A stretch of 64,000 bases of DNA from an uncultured delta proteobacterium (GTDB lineage Bacteria > Myxococcota_A > Polyangia > Polyangiales > Polyangiaceae). A program made the translations under genes and the position numbers. Each line of letters starts with the position of its first letter. Within the stretch, counting starts at the first letter, position 1. The notes beneath the pieces were generated by a model. That model searched no databases, was not told the DNA's origin, and saw nothing but the letters and a program-made list of their open reading frames with translations. The stretch is taken from the NCBI GenBank assembly GCA_963841435.1, contig CAWJCS010000004.1, forward strand, positions 544,001-608,000. The letters run 5' to 3'. Shown here piece after piece: positions 29,501 through 40,007 of this stretch.

Positions 29501-30699
29501 TGACGGACACCACCAAACCGGTCTTCACGCTCGTACCTCCCGACATCACGACGACGACCTGCACGGGCCTCGTGCTTCAGCAGCCGACCGGGCAAGACGG
29601 CTGCGGCGGCACGGTCACCTTCACGAACGACGCCCCCTCGAAATATCCGCTTGGGACGACGGTGGTCACGTGGACGGCGCACGACGCACGCGGCAACATG
29701 AGCACGGCGACTCAGCGGGTTACCGTGCTGCTCGGGGACAACGCGACTTGCTGCCCGGCCGGCACGCACATCATCCAGGGCACGCCGAACAACGACATGC
29801 TGAACGGCACGAGCGGCTCGGATTGCATCCTCGGCAAGGGCGGGCAGGACACGATCAACGGCCTCGGCGGCAACGACTTCATCTCCGGGGGCGACGGGGA
29901 CGACGTGATCACCGGCGGGCTCGGGAACGACGTGATCTTCGGCGGCTCCGGCCAGGACATCATCAACGGCAACGACGGCAACGACACGCTGTACGGCGGC
30001 GACGGCGACGATACCGTGATCGGCGGCTCCGGTGACGACATCCTGCACGGCGGCCAGGGGCAGGACACGCTCCAAGGCCAGGACGGCAACGACCAGCTCT
30101 TCGGCGACGACGGCTACGACACCCTGCAAGGTGGCAACGGCGACGATGTGCTCGCGGGCGGCGGTGGCGAGGATCACTGCACGGACACGGTCGGGGCGAA
30201 CGTCTTCGAGCAGTGCGAGTTCGGTGCGCCCAACTCTTGTGCCGACCTCACGCAGAACGGGACGGAGACGGCGGTCGATTGCGGTGGCGGTTGTCCCGCC
30301 TGCGACGAGACGCTCTCGTGCTTAGCGGGTAGCGACTGCTTGAGCAACGTCTGCTCGTCGGGGGTCTGCCAGTTGCCCGCGGGCGGCATCACCATCACCC
30401 CCGTGGTCGACGCGGATTGGGGCGGAGGCTATTGCGTCCACCTTAACGTCACCAACGACAAGGACGTCCCGACCACGACCTGGACGGCGAGCATCAACAC
30501 CAACCAGTTGACCATCTACACGAGCTGGAAGGGCAACTTCATGGGCAGCTCCGGCGTGGTGACCGTGACGCCGTCACTGCCGAGCAACCAAGCCATCGGC
30601 CCGGACCTTACAGACGGGTCGATTGGGTTCTGCGCGAACCGGAACGTCTCCGGGAGCGGCGTGTTGCCATTCGTGGTGAGCGCGACGGGCTCGTACTAG
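26542..30699 (+). CDS. Large secreted protein: BNR/Asp-box beta-propeller, HYR-like, RTX-type Ca-binding repeats and C-terminal CBM2
   Basis: SDDGGSTW and SEDGGNKW Asp-boxes, VTWTA HYR motifs, GGxGxD repeats at about 29800-30170, DWGGGYC...GFCA. Confidence 0.8.
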   Translation: MASSSALKRYPRFASFVLAAALPTWGCSDPGARGDGPTHVSRVQQGVVEQAAGEFQPLIPFGGRIQAMAIDPANPQTVLAAADNGGVFRSSLGGTSWEHVETLRPTEMNDIRVCPSNPLLVFLTAFPNTRRSSSPGSTTPDNDGGIWRSDDGGSTWKRPTGHVPPGLPSGSTSYTGYGIAFGPGCQDVFIGTTAGLAVSHDDGMTFTHDDINGPADPPERAISVAAQSGGSNPTIVDVYTDFGQRRSTTAGGGWSAPTAIASGGIPGAPDQAAVHTLAASPIESDVLFATSFNVTMSGDGFQAYESDDAGLTWTSLDVPIVGRNRIPLMFATPSRFGAGVDVYFGNGTNILRQTCANSTGLRCTPGATTTPSDPTSPGWHEIDLIGNPHPDASDMAFDPGTNCPLYIACDGGVLRSTPADPDDPKATCGDTGTWQITRGSGGADGLNALQLFQMAGQVHSGADTDLYFGTMDNGLWGSTNGGISWPTSGAPEGQGIGVDHSPTAGAGNRVVYLACGGCTNFQAGPGLASPGAWPNPPFGKSGAPDAFFPACPDLSPTDNICDTCEDRNADDGTCDPVGPGVPGLCNDVAPQDGFCDGTNCVDSQPNGFCDPLLFTLGSGPAGVALTPVLISGDTYVQWDGGYTPRGGGMPVPAQLYRTLDAGMSYQPVVGATFPTTSNPTFRLFDLARISGPSSTPVLFQPECRSGVGCSGGNAPVGLIRVSGLLTGTVQVTELGLPSGGSLGYFNFDPHGTYGVDPSDPNKLLAADIVNGMMLRGAGTGSGIAWSTDAGTSQLTTLLTRGGEFSFNAVYTNNTGLAQVETVQHDPTNTQRILVGTRNVGVVASEDGGNKWARLCRSEQIPRVTSFFFDDVHPMGSFPTVYASSYGRGLWKLDLAQRQEPVFTVPPTNVTASDCSADIGTATAIDECEGVQVDTIAAEGVPPTDPAYGCSTGVRPCGNFPLNTPTNVTWTARDIYGDTTTTTQVVTVTDTTKPVFTLVPPDITTTTCTGLVLQQPTGQDGCGGTVTFTNDAPSKYPLGTTVVTWTAHDARGNMSTATQRVTVLLGDNATCCPAGTHIIQGTPNNDMLNGTSGSDCILGKGGQDTINGLGGNDFISGGDGDDVITGGLGNDVIFGGSGQDIINGNDGNDTLYGGDGDDTVIGGSGDDILHGGQGQDTLQGQDGNDQLFGDDGYDTLQGGNGDDVLAGGGGEDHCTDTVGANVFEQCEFGAPNSCADLTQNGTETAVDCGGGCPACDETLSCLAGSDCLSNVCSSGVCQLPAGGITITPVVDADWGGGYCVHLNVTNDKDVPTTTWTASINTNQLTIYTSWKGNFMGSSGVVTVTPSLPSNQAIGPDLTDGSIGFCANRNVSGSGVLPFVVSATGSY

Positions 30700-30808
30700 C
30701 CCCAGGGGGATTTCGAGTCTCGCCGCGCGGTGGCGCGGTCGTCACCTCGAAGGGGACGAACCCCAAGCGGCTTTGCCTCCGTGACGTCCGCGGCAGTACG
30801 ATGCTTTC

Positions 30809-31678
30809 GTGACGCCGCCAACCATCGCAGACGAGATCGAGCGGTACCTCCGCACCGGCGACACGGATCCATATGCTTCAGCCTGGCCAGGCGGCGTCAT
30901 GGAGGGTGGGCGCCGAGCCCACGCGGACCTCCGGGGGGCACTCGCCCGAGAGGTGAAACGCCTCGCCGCAGGTCACGCTCACGGGACGGTACCGCAGGCC
31001 GACCTCGTGTCGCTGACGAGAGACAAGGTCGAGCCGATGGTCCGCGGCCTTTTCCCCCGTGCCGAGCAAGAACCGGTGCTCGCCGCGTTGGAGAGGTCCG
31101 TCGTGGTGATCACCGGCGAGAACATCGAGTCCATCATCCTCGCTCATGACCACGACGGATCGGCATGGACGCTGGGGAACCTCTACCTGGCGAGCATCGA
31201 CGCCGAGCTACTGGCAGACGACGTCGAGCCCCTCGTCGGACTGAGCGAGGAGACCACCTGCTACGTCACGCACGAAGCGTTCGACGAGGAGCCTTTCGCC
31301 GACTTTATCGTCCACGAGGCGGCGCATGTTTTCCACAACTGCAAGCGCAAGACGATCGGCCTCAAGGAGACGCGAACCAAAGAGTGGTTGCTCGACATCG
31401 ACTACCGGAAGCGCGAGACATTCGCCTACTCCTGCGAAGCGTACTCTCGCATCGTCGCACGGACGAAGAACGGAGCTGAACGACGGGCGCTGGCGGAGGA
31501 GTACGGTCGGAAGGTTCGAATCTCCGAGGAGCGGGTGGACCCCGATGAGATCGCGAGCATCGTCTTGGAGGCAGCGTCGGCGAGGAACCGGTGGAAGGTA
31601 GTCCTCGCGCGGTGCGCACCGGAGAGACGGGCGAGGCGCGGCCCCATGACGGCGGCCGACGGTGCTGAAGCGAGCTAA
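30809..31678 (+). CDS. Hypothetical protein with an HExxH motif
   Basis: 289-aa ORF with coding-like codon use; FIVHEAAH. Confidence 0.7.
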   Translation: MTPPTIADEIERYLRTGDTDPYASAWPGGVMEGGRRAHADLRGALAREVKRLAAGHAHGTVPQADLVSLTRDKVEPMVRGLFPRAEQEPVLAALERSVVVITGENIESIILAHDHDGSAWTLGNLYLASIDAELLADDVEPLVGLSEETTCYVTHEAFDEEPFADFIVHEAAHVFHNCKRKTIGLKETRTKEWLLDIDYRKRETFAYSCEAYSRIVARTKNGAERRALAEEYGRKVRISEERVDPDEIASIVLEAASARNRWKVVLARCAPERRARRGPMTAADGAEAS

Positions 31679-31983
31679 TCGGGGGGTGACGTGGGGCGAG
31701 CGTTCGGTACTCGACTACCCCTCTGGTGCTGAGCCCGTCGCGGGCAATGCAGAAATCGGGGCGCGAATCCGCACAGATCCGGATCCGCCAAGAGTAGTGG
31801 AGCGTGAAGGGGGGAAGGCCACCGCCGACCAGCCTCCGGCGGTGGGCAGAGGTGCCCGGCCTTCTGAGCCAGCGCTCGCGTCAGGTCGAGGGCAAGCGGT
31901 CCGGTTCCTGCCCGTTGCAACGGCCTTGCGTTCAGCTGCGGGCCCGTCGCGCGAGAAATGTTCATTTTCACCCCCGAAATAGG

Positions 31984-32007
31984 CACGCCCGGCTTTCGCC
32001 GGGCGTG
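31984..32007 (-). terminator. Hairpin directly 3' of rnpB (10-bp stem, GAAA loop)
   Basis: CACGCCCGGC-GAAA-GCCGGGCGTG on the minus strand; weak U tract. Confidence 0.6.
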
Positions 32008-32009
32008 GT

Positions 32010-32391
32010 CGCAGAGCTCGTAAGCCGGGTTCTGTTGCTCGCGCGAATTGCTTCGCGCGGGCCGGCGATCATTCCTCTGGGACGCGCGTCGCCGCGCGCC
32101 TCGAGCGGCCTACCCGGGAGCTCGGGCGGGCAGCCCTCGAACGCTCCTCTACGTGGCCTTGCTCCAGATGGGGTTTGCCGTGCCACGTCCGTTACCGGAC
32201 GCGCGGTGGGCTCTTACTCCACCTTTTCACCCTTACCCGAGCATCGATTGCTCGACATTCGGGCGGTTTGCTTTTCTGTGGCACTCTCCTCGAGGTCGCC
32301 CTCACCGGGTGTTACCCGGCATCCTGCCCTGTGGAGCCCGGACTTTCCTCCCGGTGCCCGAAGGCACCGAGCGATCGCCTGAGCCGCTGCG
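32010..32391 (-). ncRNA. rnpB: RNase P RNA, bacterial type A
   Basis: Minus strand has GAGGAAAGTCCGGGCTCC near the 5' end and ACAGAACCCGGCTTA near the 3' end; P1 pairing CGCAGCGGCTC/GAGCTCTGCG. Confidence 0.95.
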
Positions 32392-32413
32392 GCGGACGGA
32401 GCCTAGCACGAGC

Positions 32414-33301
32414 TCAGGCGGCCGAGTCGAGCGCGAGCCAGTTGCCGGAGCGGCGGGACAGATCGCGGATGCGCGTGCGGAGCTTGCGCTTCGCGCGAAC
32501 CTCGAGCTGGCGCGCACGCTCGCGCGAAACGCCCAGCTGGCGGCCGATCTCGGCGAGGCTGAGCTCGTCCTCGCGGTCCGCCATCAAGCGCTTCTCCACG
32601 ATGTAGCGCTCGCGCACGTCCAGATCGAGCAGCGCGCTCTTCACGGCGGAGCGCACGTGATCGTCCATTTCGGACGCTGCGAACGTCTCCTCCTGGTCGG
32701 TGTCGGGCGCGGCCAAGAGGTCGCCGAGCGACGCCTGCGAGCCGTCGAACGGCTTCGAGTCGAGTGAAACGTCACGCGCGTCGAGGCGGCGGAGCATCGA
32801 GCTCACGGTGGCCTCGGGAAGGCCGAGCGATGCCGCGAGCATGCCCTCGGCGTCCGGGCCTTCCCCGACTAGGTTGGCGATCTTCACGCGCTCGCGCCGC
32901 AGTCGGAAGAACATCTTCGAGCGCAGTGCGCCCGAGCCGACGCCAACCAGGCTCCAGGAGCGGATGACGTGGTTCAAGACGTACGCGCGGATCCAGTACG
33001 CCGCGTACGTCACGAACCGGGTACCGTGCGAGAGATCGAACTTGCCGAGGGCGTGCACGAGCCCGAAGTTGCCTTCGCTCACGAGCTCCTCGAGTGGCAC
33101 GCCATAGCGCTGGTACTTGATGGCGATCGCCACGACGTAACGCAAATGAGAGCCGAGGACGCGCTCCTTCGCAGATTCGTCACCGAGCTCGCGGTAACGA
33201 GTGACCAGTTCTTGCTCTTCCTCCCGCGTGAGCGCCGGCAGGGCTCGCACGCGGCTGAAGTAACGGTGAAGCTCAGCACTTTGCGCCATGGTGTTTTCCA
33301 A
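32414..33301 (-). CDS. RNA polymerase sigma factor, sigma-32/RpoH-like
   Basis: EGNFGLVHALGKFD..GTRFVTYAAYWIR, RpoH-box-like KMFFRLRR, LAEIGRQLGVSRERARQLE. Confidence 0.9.
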   Translation of the reverse strand: MENTMAQSAELHRYFSRVRALPALTREEEQELVTRYRELGDESAKERVLGSHLRYVVAIAIKYQRYGVPLEELVSEGNFGLVHALGKFDLSHGTRFVTYAAYWIRAYVLNHVIRSWSLVGVGSGALRSKMFFRLRRERVKIANLVGEGPDAEGMLAASLGLPEATVSSMLRRLDARDVSLDSKPFDGSQASLGDLLAAPDTDQEETFAASEMDDHVRSAVKSALLDLDVRERYIVEKRLMADREDELSLAEIGRQLGVSRERARQLEVRAKRKLRTRIRDLSRRSGNWLALDSAA

Positions 33302-33523
33302 CGCGCGACCGACTCGCGCCCTTCTCCACGACGGCTACGCGGGGGGGTACGTCAAAGTTGCGCGCCCCGGCTCATTCGTACGGACAGCAATGAGCGCTGG
33401 ACGCTTGCGCAGGTCGGCTCGCGGGCCTATCTCGGCGTGGACCGCCCGCTCCCGTGCCCGGCTCGAGGCGGCAGCAGCGGGGGACAACCCCGCTTCGGCG
33501 CAAAATTTCCGATCAGGCGCCGG

Positions 33524-33847
33524 CTAGGCCTTGAACGACGAGCCGCAGCCGCACGTCGAGGTGACGTTTGGGTTCGCGAACTTGAACCCGGACCCGTGCG
33601 CGCTCTCGACGTAGTCGATCTGGGTCTGGTCGAGGTACTGATAGCTGAGCGGATCCACGTACAGCGCAACGCCGTTGGATTCGAAGCGCTCGTCGAGATC
33701 CGTCGGGGCTTCCTCGAAGTAGAGGTCGTACTGGAAGCCCGCGCAGCCGCCGCCGATGACGCGCAGGCGTAAACCCTGCCCGTCCAGGCCCTCGGCCTTC
33801 GAGATTTCCCTGACCTTGTGTGCTGCGAGCTCGGTGATGGTGATCAT
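33524..33847 (-). CDS. erpA: A-type Fe-S cluster carrier (ErpA/IscA)
   Basis: GGGCAGFQY...NPNVTSTCGCGSSF. Confidence 0.9.
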   Translation of the reverse strand: MITITELAAHKVREISKAEGLDGQGLRLRVIGGGCAGFQYDLYFEEAPTDLDERFESNGVALYVDPLSYQYLDQTQIDYVESAHGSGFKFANPNVTSTCGCGSSFKA

Positions 33848-33925
33848 CGTGGGTTTTTCCAGCTAGGGGCTGCCGGGCCAATGAGCCGGAAGGACAGCGC
33901 GCTCAGCAGGTTCTAGTATAGGCAC

Positions 33926-34708
33926 GTGAGAACGCGCATGCCATCCCCTTCGTTGAACGCGATCCTAGGCGTTACCGCGATTGTGGCCCTCTGGGCAGTT
34001 CCGGCGCTGGCGGACGAGCCGGTGTCCGAAGCGCCCCCCGAGAGCGGGCCGGATGCGACCCCACCTCCCGCGAGCCCGCCCGCCGAGGAGCACCCGCCGC
34101 TCGGACCGACGCCACTCGGACAGCCCGTGATCCGCCTGACGACGCCGGACCCGGGTCCGCCACCCGAGCGCACGGTGCATCAGCACGACGGCTTCTACGC
34201 CCGCTTCATGCTCGGTCCCGTCTACGGTCGGACACGCGTTTCGACGGACAGCGCGACTCACTCCAAGTACTCCGTCGGCGGCGCCGGGATCACGCTCGAC
34301 GCGATGGTGGGCGGATCGCCCAGCCCTGGGTTTGCCCTCGGCGGCGCGGTGTCCTTCGACGGGTTCGGGTACGCCGATGACGGCGGAGCGAACCTCCTCA
34401 TGCTCGGCGCCTTCATCGACGGCTTTCCCAACTCGCATGGCGGCTTTCACCTCGGTGGTCAGGCAGGGCTCGCGCTTGCCAACACGAGCCGCAAGGACGG
34501 GCGTGACGAGCTCGGGGGCGTCGGCGTCGGGACGTTGATCTGGCTGGGGCAGGGGTTTTGGGTCGCCGACGAGTTTTCGCTCGGCGGTCTCGTGCGCTTC
34601 GACGGCGCGCTCACGACCGACGGCTCAGGCAATAAGGGGCCGGATCCGGTGTCGTTGAGTGGCTTCAGCTACGGCGTCTCGCTCGGGCTCAGCGTGCTCT
34701 ATCACTGA
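33926..34708 (+). CDS. Outer-membrane beta-barrel-like protein
   Basis: Signal peptide, HQHDGFYARF motif, amphipathic strands, C-terminal VLYH. Confidence 0.7.
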   Translation: MRTRMPSPSLNAILGVTAIVALWAVPALADEPVSEAPPESGPDATPPPASPPAEEHPPLGPTPLGQPVIRLTTPDPGPPPERTVHQHDGFYARFMLGPVYGRTRVSTDSATHSKYSVGGAGITLDAMVGGSPSPGFALGGAVSFDGFGYADDGGANLLMLGAFIDGFPNSHGGFHLGGQAGLALANTSRKDGRDELGGVGVGTLIWLGQGFWVADEFSLGGLVRFDGALTTDGSGNKGPDPVSLSGFSYGVSLGLSVLYH

Positions 34709-35888
34709 GCGCGCGAAGCACGCCCGAACGGCAGCCCGTGACGACTAGGCCGGGCGCGACCGGCGTCGGGCGCAGCGGATCCGGGCAGCCGGTGCCCGGC
34801 ACGGAGCGAGCTTCGCCGCCCGACGGGACGAGGACGATGGGAGCTCCCGCGATCACGACGAGCACCGTCCCCGCGTCGTCGGCGATGATCGAGCTTGCCT
34901 CGCCGCCCGCACCGTCGGGCAAGAGCGACAGCCGGCTCCGCTCGCGACCCCCCGCGTCGAGCTCGACGAGCACGCCACCGCTGCCGAGCACGTGAGCCGT
35001 GCCGCCAACACCGAGCGCGAAGTCGCGCAGATCCGCCGCGGGCTCGCCGTAGCGACGCTCACTCTCCGACGTCCGGAGATCGAGCGCCGCGAGCTCGCGG
35101 TCTCCGACGAGTGCGAACAGTCGATCGCCACTCAGCGCGACCTTCGTCACCGGGCCCCCGAAACGCCCGATCTCGCTGGCCTCGAGGGCCGGAGCTCGCG
35201 TGAGCACGCGCCCCTCGCGCTCGACGAGCAGCGTGGTGCCCCGCCAGTCGAATGCCGCGACGATTGCGCTCGCCGCCGAGCCGAAGAGCGAGGGGCTCGC
35301 ACGGGCGTTCACGCGCGCGAAACGCGCACCCGACGCAACGATGGCGCCGCCGTCGAGCGTCGGCGACGCGACGAGCGCGCCCTCGAGCTCGCCGAACGGC
35401 AGCTTTTCACGCGACAGCTCGCGACCATCCCCGCTGATGCTCACGACCTCGGCGTCGCGTGTCACGACGAGCGTCCTGCCGGAGCCGATCAGAATGGGCG
35501 CACCGAGCAGATCACCTCCGGGTCGCAGCGTCCAGGTGGTGTGACCCGCGGCGTCGACGGCGCTCACGCGCCCGTTGCCATGCGCCACCACGAGCTCGCC
35601 TCGCGCGTTCGCGACCGGAGCGCCGAGGATGGGGCCAGGGAGCCGCTTCTGGAAGCGGACCGCGGGCTGCTTCGGCAGCGCGACACGGCTGCGGCTCGAG
35701 CCCTCGAGGTCGAGCCGCGACGCGACCGCGGGGCCCTTCGGGGGTGCGGCCTCGAGGCGGAGCGGAACGCTGGGATCGAGCTTCTCGGCGGGGGCGAGCC
35801 GCGGCCCGAGTAGCCCGCCCGCGGCGACCGCGAGCCAGATGGGGGCTTGCTTCAGTGCTGCTCGATTCATGCAGCTCCGGCAGAGCAT
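34689..35888 (-). CDS. PQQ-like beta-propeller protein
   Basis: Signal peptide; repeats such as VSAVDAAGHTTW; C-terminal GCRSGVLRAL. Confidence 0.65.
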   Translation of the reverse strand: MLCRSCMNRAALKQAPIWLAVAAGGLLGPRLAPAEKLDPSVPLRLEAAPPKGPAVASRLDLEGSSRSRVALPKQPAVRFQKRLPGPILGAPVANARGELVVAHGNGRVSAVDAAGHTTWTLRPGGDLLGAPILIGSGRTLVVTRDAEVVSISGDGRELSREKLPFGELEGALVASPTLDGGAIVASGARFARVNARASPSLFGSAASAIVAAFDWRGTTLLVEREGRVLTRAPALEASEIGRFGGPVTKVALSGDRLFALVGDRELAALDLRTSESERRYGEPAADLRDFALGVGGTAHVLGSGGVLVELDAGGRERSRLSLLPDGAGGEASSIIADDAGTVLVVIAGAPIVLVPSGGEARSVPGTGCPDPLRPTPVAPGLVVTGCRSGVLRALSDRAR

Positions 35889-36004
35889 CGAAGACGCGTC
35901 ATGCTACCGGATCCCGGTTCGGTCGGCTCGCCTCGGTGTTGCGGCCTGCTAAACGGTCTGCGCGTCCACTCCTGGCAACGATACCCCGCACGGTGACCTC
36001 GACC

Positions 36005-37843
36005 ATGTCTTCCCACGCCTGGCTTCGCGGCGCCTGCCGTCTTGTTTTCCTGTCGCTTCTGCTCACCCCTTTTGCGTGCTTGTCGGGAACTGGTTCCGGT
36101 GACGACGCAAGCAGTGGGGCACGCGGCGCAGCCGCGGGGGCCTCGGGGAGCGGCGCGGGCTCGATGGGCATGGCTGGCAACAGCGGCGCGGGCGGCTCGG
36201 TGGCGGGGCAGGGGGCGTTCGCTGGCACGGCCGGGGCGGGCAGTGGCGCAAGCGGTGCGAGCGCCACCGGCGGCGCCGGAGCCGGCTCCGCGGGGGTCGC
36301 CGGGAGCGGGGGCCAGAGCGGCGGCGTGTCCGGCGGCGTTGGCGGCGCCGGACAAGCGGGTGCTGCCGGGGCCTCGTTCTGCGGCACGCTGACCGATTGC
36401 GATGGCACGTGCGTCTCGTTGCTCGATGATTCCCAGCATTGCGGGACGTGCGCCACGGCTTGCACCGGTGGCCAGGGCTGCGTCGGCGGCTCGTGCCAGT
36501 GCGTGGGAGGCACGCTCTGCAACGGTGCCTGCGTCGACACGAGCTCCGACGCCGCGAACTGCGGGGGTTGCGGCATCGTGTGCAGCGCCGGACAGGTCTG
36601 CTCGATCCCGACGGGACAGGCGACGGCGGTCTGCACCACGGGGTGCGCGGCTGGCCAGACGCAGTGCGGGCAAAGCTGCGTGGACCTCGCCACCAACCAC
36701 GAGAACTGCGGCGCCTGCAATCAGGCTTGCCCCGGACCGCAGACGTGCTCGGGTTCGACGTGCGGATGCAGCGGAGGCCTCTCGCCATGCAACGGCGAGT
36801 GCGTCAATCTCGCCAACAACGCGGTGCACTGCGGCGCCTGCGGCAGCGCGTGCAGCGCGCCCCGCACCTGCTCCAACGCGAGCTGCAGCTGCCCGGGCGG
36901 CCAGAGTCTTTGCAACAACCAGTGCGTCGACACCCAAACCGACGCCATGCACTGTGGCAATTGCAACGCGGCGTGCTCGAGCCCGCGGTCGGCCTGCGTG
37001 AGCGGCGCGTGCGCCTGCCCCAACGGGGGCTCCTTTTGCAGCAACCAGTGCGTTGACACGAAGACGGACGTCAACAACTGCGGGACGTGCGGCAACCAAT
37101 GCGCCACGGGCGGCAGCTGCTCCAACGGTACCTGCATGAACCCGCAGGCGACGAGCTGCGACATCGGTTCGAGCCACAACGGTGACGGCTCGTTCACGTA
37201 CTACTACTTCGGCCAGGGGACGGGTCGCGACGGCAACGGCTACCGCACGGCGTGCGGCTATTACGGCACCGAGAACGGCACGACCGACACGGTCGAGAAC
37301 ATCGCGAGCACGAGCCCCGCGAGCAACACGTACTTCGCGGCGATCCCCGCGGATTCGAGCTTCAACACCTCGAACAACTGCGGCGCCTGCGTCGAGATCA
37401 CGGGCCAGAACCAGAAGAAGATCATCGCGACGGTCATCGACTCCTGCCCCACGGCCAGCAATCAGCCGTGCCGTGACCGGCCCAGTCAGCACCTCGATCT
37501 CAGCAAGGCGGCGTTCGACCAGCTCGGCTACAGCGTGGGCAATCCGAGCGGCACGACCTGGCGTTTCGTTCCTTGCCCGGTGACCGGCAACGTGAAAGTG
37601 CGCTTCAAGTCCGGCAACGACAACGAGCTCTTCGTCGAGAACGGCATCACGTCGATCACGGCGGTCACCGTCAACGGCACGACGGCGTCGCGCACCTCGT
37701 ACGGCGCTTGGCACGTGAACAGCGCCATCATGACGCCGGCCACGTTGAACCTCACCGACAAGGCGGGGCGGTCGATCAGCGTGACGCTCAATTCGGGCAC
37801 CTCGAATCAGGACACTGGCAAGCAGTTTCCTGCCTGTCTGTGA
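36005..37843 (+). CDS. Expansin (EXLX1-like) lipoprotein with Cys-rich repeats
   Basis: Repeated CVD..D..NCG.C units; TACGY, CGACVEI, VIDSCP, HLDLSKAAF DPBB motifs. Confidence 0.85.
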   Translation: MSSHAWLRGACRLVFLSLLLTPFACLSGTGSGDDASSGARGAAAGASGSGAGSMGMAGNSGAGGSVAGQGAFAGTAGAGSGASGASATGGAGAGSAGVAGSGGQSGGVSGGVGGAGQAGAAGASFCGTLTDCDGTCVSLLDDSQHCGTCATACTGGQGCVGGSCQCVGGTLCNGACVDTSSDAANCGGCGIVCSAGQVCSIPTGQATAVCTTGCAAGQTQCGQSCVDLATNHENCGACNQACPGPQTCSGSTCGCSGGLSPCNGECVNLANNAVHCGACGSACSAPRTCSNASCSCPGGQSLCNNQCVDTQTDAMHCGNCNAACSSPRSACVSGACACPNGGSFCSNQCVDTKTDVNNCGTCGNQCATGGSCSNGTCMNPQATSCDIGSSHNGDGSFTYYYFGQGTGRDGNGYRTACGYYGTENGTTDTVENIASTSPASNTYFAAIPADSSFNTSNNCGACVEITGQNQKKIIATVIDSCPTASNQPCRDRPSQHLDLSKAAFDQLGYSVGNPSGTTWRFVPCPVTGNVKVRFKSGNDNELFVENGITSITAVTVNGTTASRTSYGAWHVNSAIMTPATLNLTDKAGRSISVTLNSGTSNQDTGKQFPACL

Positions 37844-37895
37844 GCTGGGCGCCTCTCGCCGTTGACCCCCCGGAGCGGGGTCGCGCGGCGTCCGA

Positions 37896-40007
37896 TCAGG
37901 GCGCGAGCTTCACGAGGTACTGCTCGTCGCCGGGTGGCGCGAGGATGGCCGGTGGCGAGGGGCCCCAGGGGTTCGGCACGAGCGCGAGCTCGACGCAAGG
38001 CGGTGCGGCGGGGTCGACATCGATCGGCGCGCTCCGGTAGGTGCCGACGACATCGCGTGGCGACGGCTTCACGTCGGCGCCGCTTCGGTGCACGCGCACG
38101 GGAATGCCGTCGTCGGGGCCGCCGTGGACGGTGACCTGCAGCACCGAGTAGCGAGAGCGTGGGCGCTCGATGGCGTCCTCGACGACGAAGCGGGTGCGCT
38201 TCCGGTCGGCAGGAGCGCAGAAGACGTCGACGTCGCGCGCCCAGCCGAACGCGCCGTGGACGCCCGTCGCCGAAACCAGCGGATTGCCGAGCGCGATCGT
38301 GTCGTTGGGCTCCACCTCGCGCTCGGGCACGGGCACGGACGGCCTGAGGATCAGGCGGTAGTCGTCGGATACGTTCTCGTAGACGGGTGTCGGCGCGCCG
38401 TCGAAGTACGACTCGTTGTCCTGCATGACGGCGACGACCCAGCTGCCGGGCTCGAGCTTGAGCGCGGGCACGTCGAGACGAACCCCCGGGCCGCCGAGGC
38501 AGTAGCGCGCGAACGGCTCCTGGCTTCCAGGTGGGTAGAGCAAGAGGCAGCTCGCGAGGTTCGGCAACGGCTCGAACGCGAGACGCACCGAGTCGGTGCC
38601 GGCGGGCAGCGTCACTTTGTAAAAGTCGCGGTCGCTCCGCGAGCGGTCGAGCCGCTGCCCGAGCCGACCCTTCACGTCGAGCGGGAAGGGGACGACGAAC
38701 GCCTCGCTGGCGGCGTTGTTGGGCTCGATTTCGCTGCCCTGGAAAGTCGGCGCGCGCGTGAGCGAGGAGTATAGGCGAACGATGCCGAAAACGCCGGCGC
38801 CGATCGCGGCCGCGAGCACGCCCCAAACGGCGTAGCTTCGCCGCCTGAGCTTGCGCTCGTACCGCTCGACCTCGTCGCGCGTGGCAGCCTCTCCGTCTCC
38901 GGGCTCGAGGCTCCGGAGCTTCTTCGAATCGAGCAGGAGCTCGAGGCTCGTGCCTCCGGCGCCAATCTCGGCGACGAGCGCCTTCTGCAGCGCCTGTGCG
39001 CTCGGGAAGCGGCGCGCGGGGTCTTTGGCGAGCGCGGTGAGAATCACGCGCTCGAAGCCGCGCGGCAGCAAAATGCCCGGTGCGCGCCGACTCGGCGGTT
39101 CGGGCTCCTCGGTCAAGTGCCGTGTGAGCACGCCCATCGGCGTGGCCGCGTCGAACACCACCGTGCCCGTGACGCACGCATAGAGCACGGCACCGATCGC
39201 GTAGACGTCGCTCGCGGGGCCAATGGCTTCCCCGCGGATCTGCTCGGGCGACATGTAGTAGGGCGTGCCCACGATTGCGCCGCTCGACGTCACGTCGGAG
39301 AGCTCACTGGACTCGCGGAGCTTCGCGAGACCGAAGTCGAGCACCTTGGCGAGCTCGTTGCCCGCCTGGCTGGGGACGATCATGATGTTTTCGGGCTTCA
39401 AGTCGCGGTGGACGATGCCCTTGTCGTGAGCCTCCGAGAGCGAGCTCAAGACCTGGATCATGATCGCGGTGGTGCGCTCCGCCGACAGATGGCCCTGGCT
39501 CGTGATCAGCGACCCGAGGTCGGTGCCGCGCACGTACTCCATGGCGAGGTACGCCAGCCCGTCGGCGTCACCGAAATCGAACACCTGCACGGTGTTGGGA
39601 TGCGACAGCTTGCTCGCCATGAGCGCTTCGCGCTTGAAGCGAGCCACCTGTGCGGAGTCACGCGTCAGCTCGCCCGTGAGCAGTTTGAGCGCGAGGATCT
39701 TGCCGATGCGCGCATGCTCGGCGCGGTAGACGACACCCATGCCGCCGCGGCCGATCAGCTCGAGGACGCGATAGCGCTCGGCGACGACGCGTCCGAGTAA
39801 TGGATCGGCATGATGGCGCTCGCGTGGCGCCCCGTTGTGGCGTGGGGGCGGCACCGTGGTCCCCGAGCGTTGCTCGGGGGCGCGTTCAGTGGGCGGCATG
39901 GTGGCGACCAGCGAGCTGCCACAGTTGGCGCAGAAGCGGGCGCGCTCGTCGTTCCGCGCGCCGCACCGACTACACGCGACGGCGGTCGTCGCTGCCTTCG
40001 CCGTCAA
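37896..40007 (-). CDS. Hanks-type Ser/Thr protein kinase with zinc ribbon, TM segment and extracellular domain
   Basis: IGRGGMGVV, ALK, HRDLKPEN, DFGLAK, GTPYYMSPE. Confidence 0.93.
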   Translation of the reverse strand: MTAKAATTAVACSRCGARNDERARFCANCGSSLVATMPPTERAPEQRSGTTVPPPRHNGAPRERHHADPLLGRVVAERYRVLELIGRGGMGVVYRAEHARIGKILALKLLTGELTRDSAQVARFKREALMASKLSHPNTVQVFDFGDADGLAYLAMEYVRGTDLGSLITSQGHLSAERTTAIMIQVLSSLSEAHDKGIVHRDLKPENIMIVPSQAGNELAKVLDFGLAKLRESSELSDVTSSGAIVGTPYYMSPEQIRGEAIGPASDVYAIGAVLYACVTGTVVFDAATPMGVLTRHLTEEPEPPSRRAPGILLPRGFERVILTALAKDPARRFPSAQALQKALVAEIGAGGTSLELLLDSKKLRSLEPGDGEAATRDEVERYERKLRRRSYAVWGVLAAAIGAGVFGIVRLYSSLTRAPTFQGSEIEPNNAASEAFVVPFPLDVKGRLGQRLDRSRSDRDFYKVTLPAGTDSVRLAFEPLPNLASCLLLYPPGSQEPFARYCLGGPGVRLDVPALKLEPGSWVVAVMQDNESYFDGAPTPVYENVSDDYRLILRPSVPVPEREVEPNDTIALGNPLVSATGVHGAFGWARDVDVFCAPADRKRTRFVVEDAIERPRSRYSVLQVTVHGGPDDGIPVRVHRSGADVKPSPRDVVGTYRSAPIDVDPAAPPCVELALVPNPWGPSPPAILAPPGDEQYLVKLAP

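Noticed and set aside
1-31983. Integron with attC sites
   Set aside because: No IntI, and I found no RYYYAAC...GTTRRRY palindromic attC sites between genes; at copies C and D the crossover does not fall between AA and C.
6302-32167. Classical attL/attR of an integrase island in rnpB
   Set aside because: The repeat is internal and lacks the rnpB 3' end, accessory DNA continues left of 6302, and only a small integrase fragment is present.
31804-32767. ORFs overlapping rnpB
   Set aside because: Explained by the structured RNA gene and the antisense of the sigma factor.
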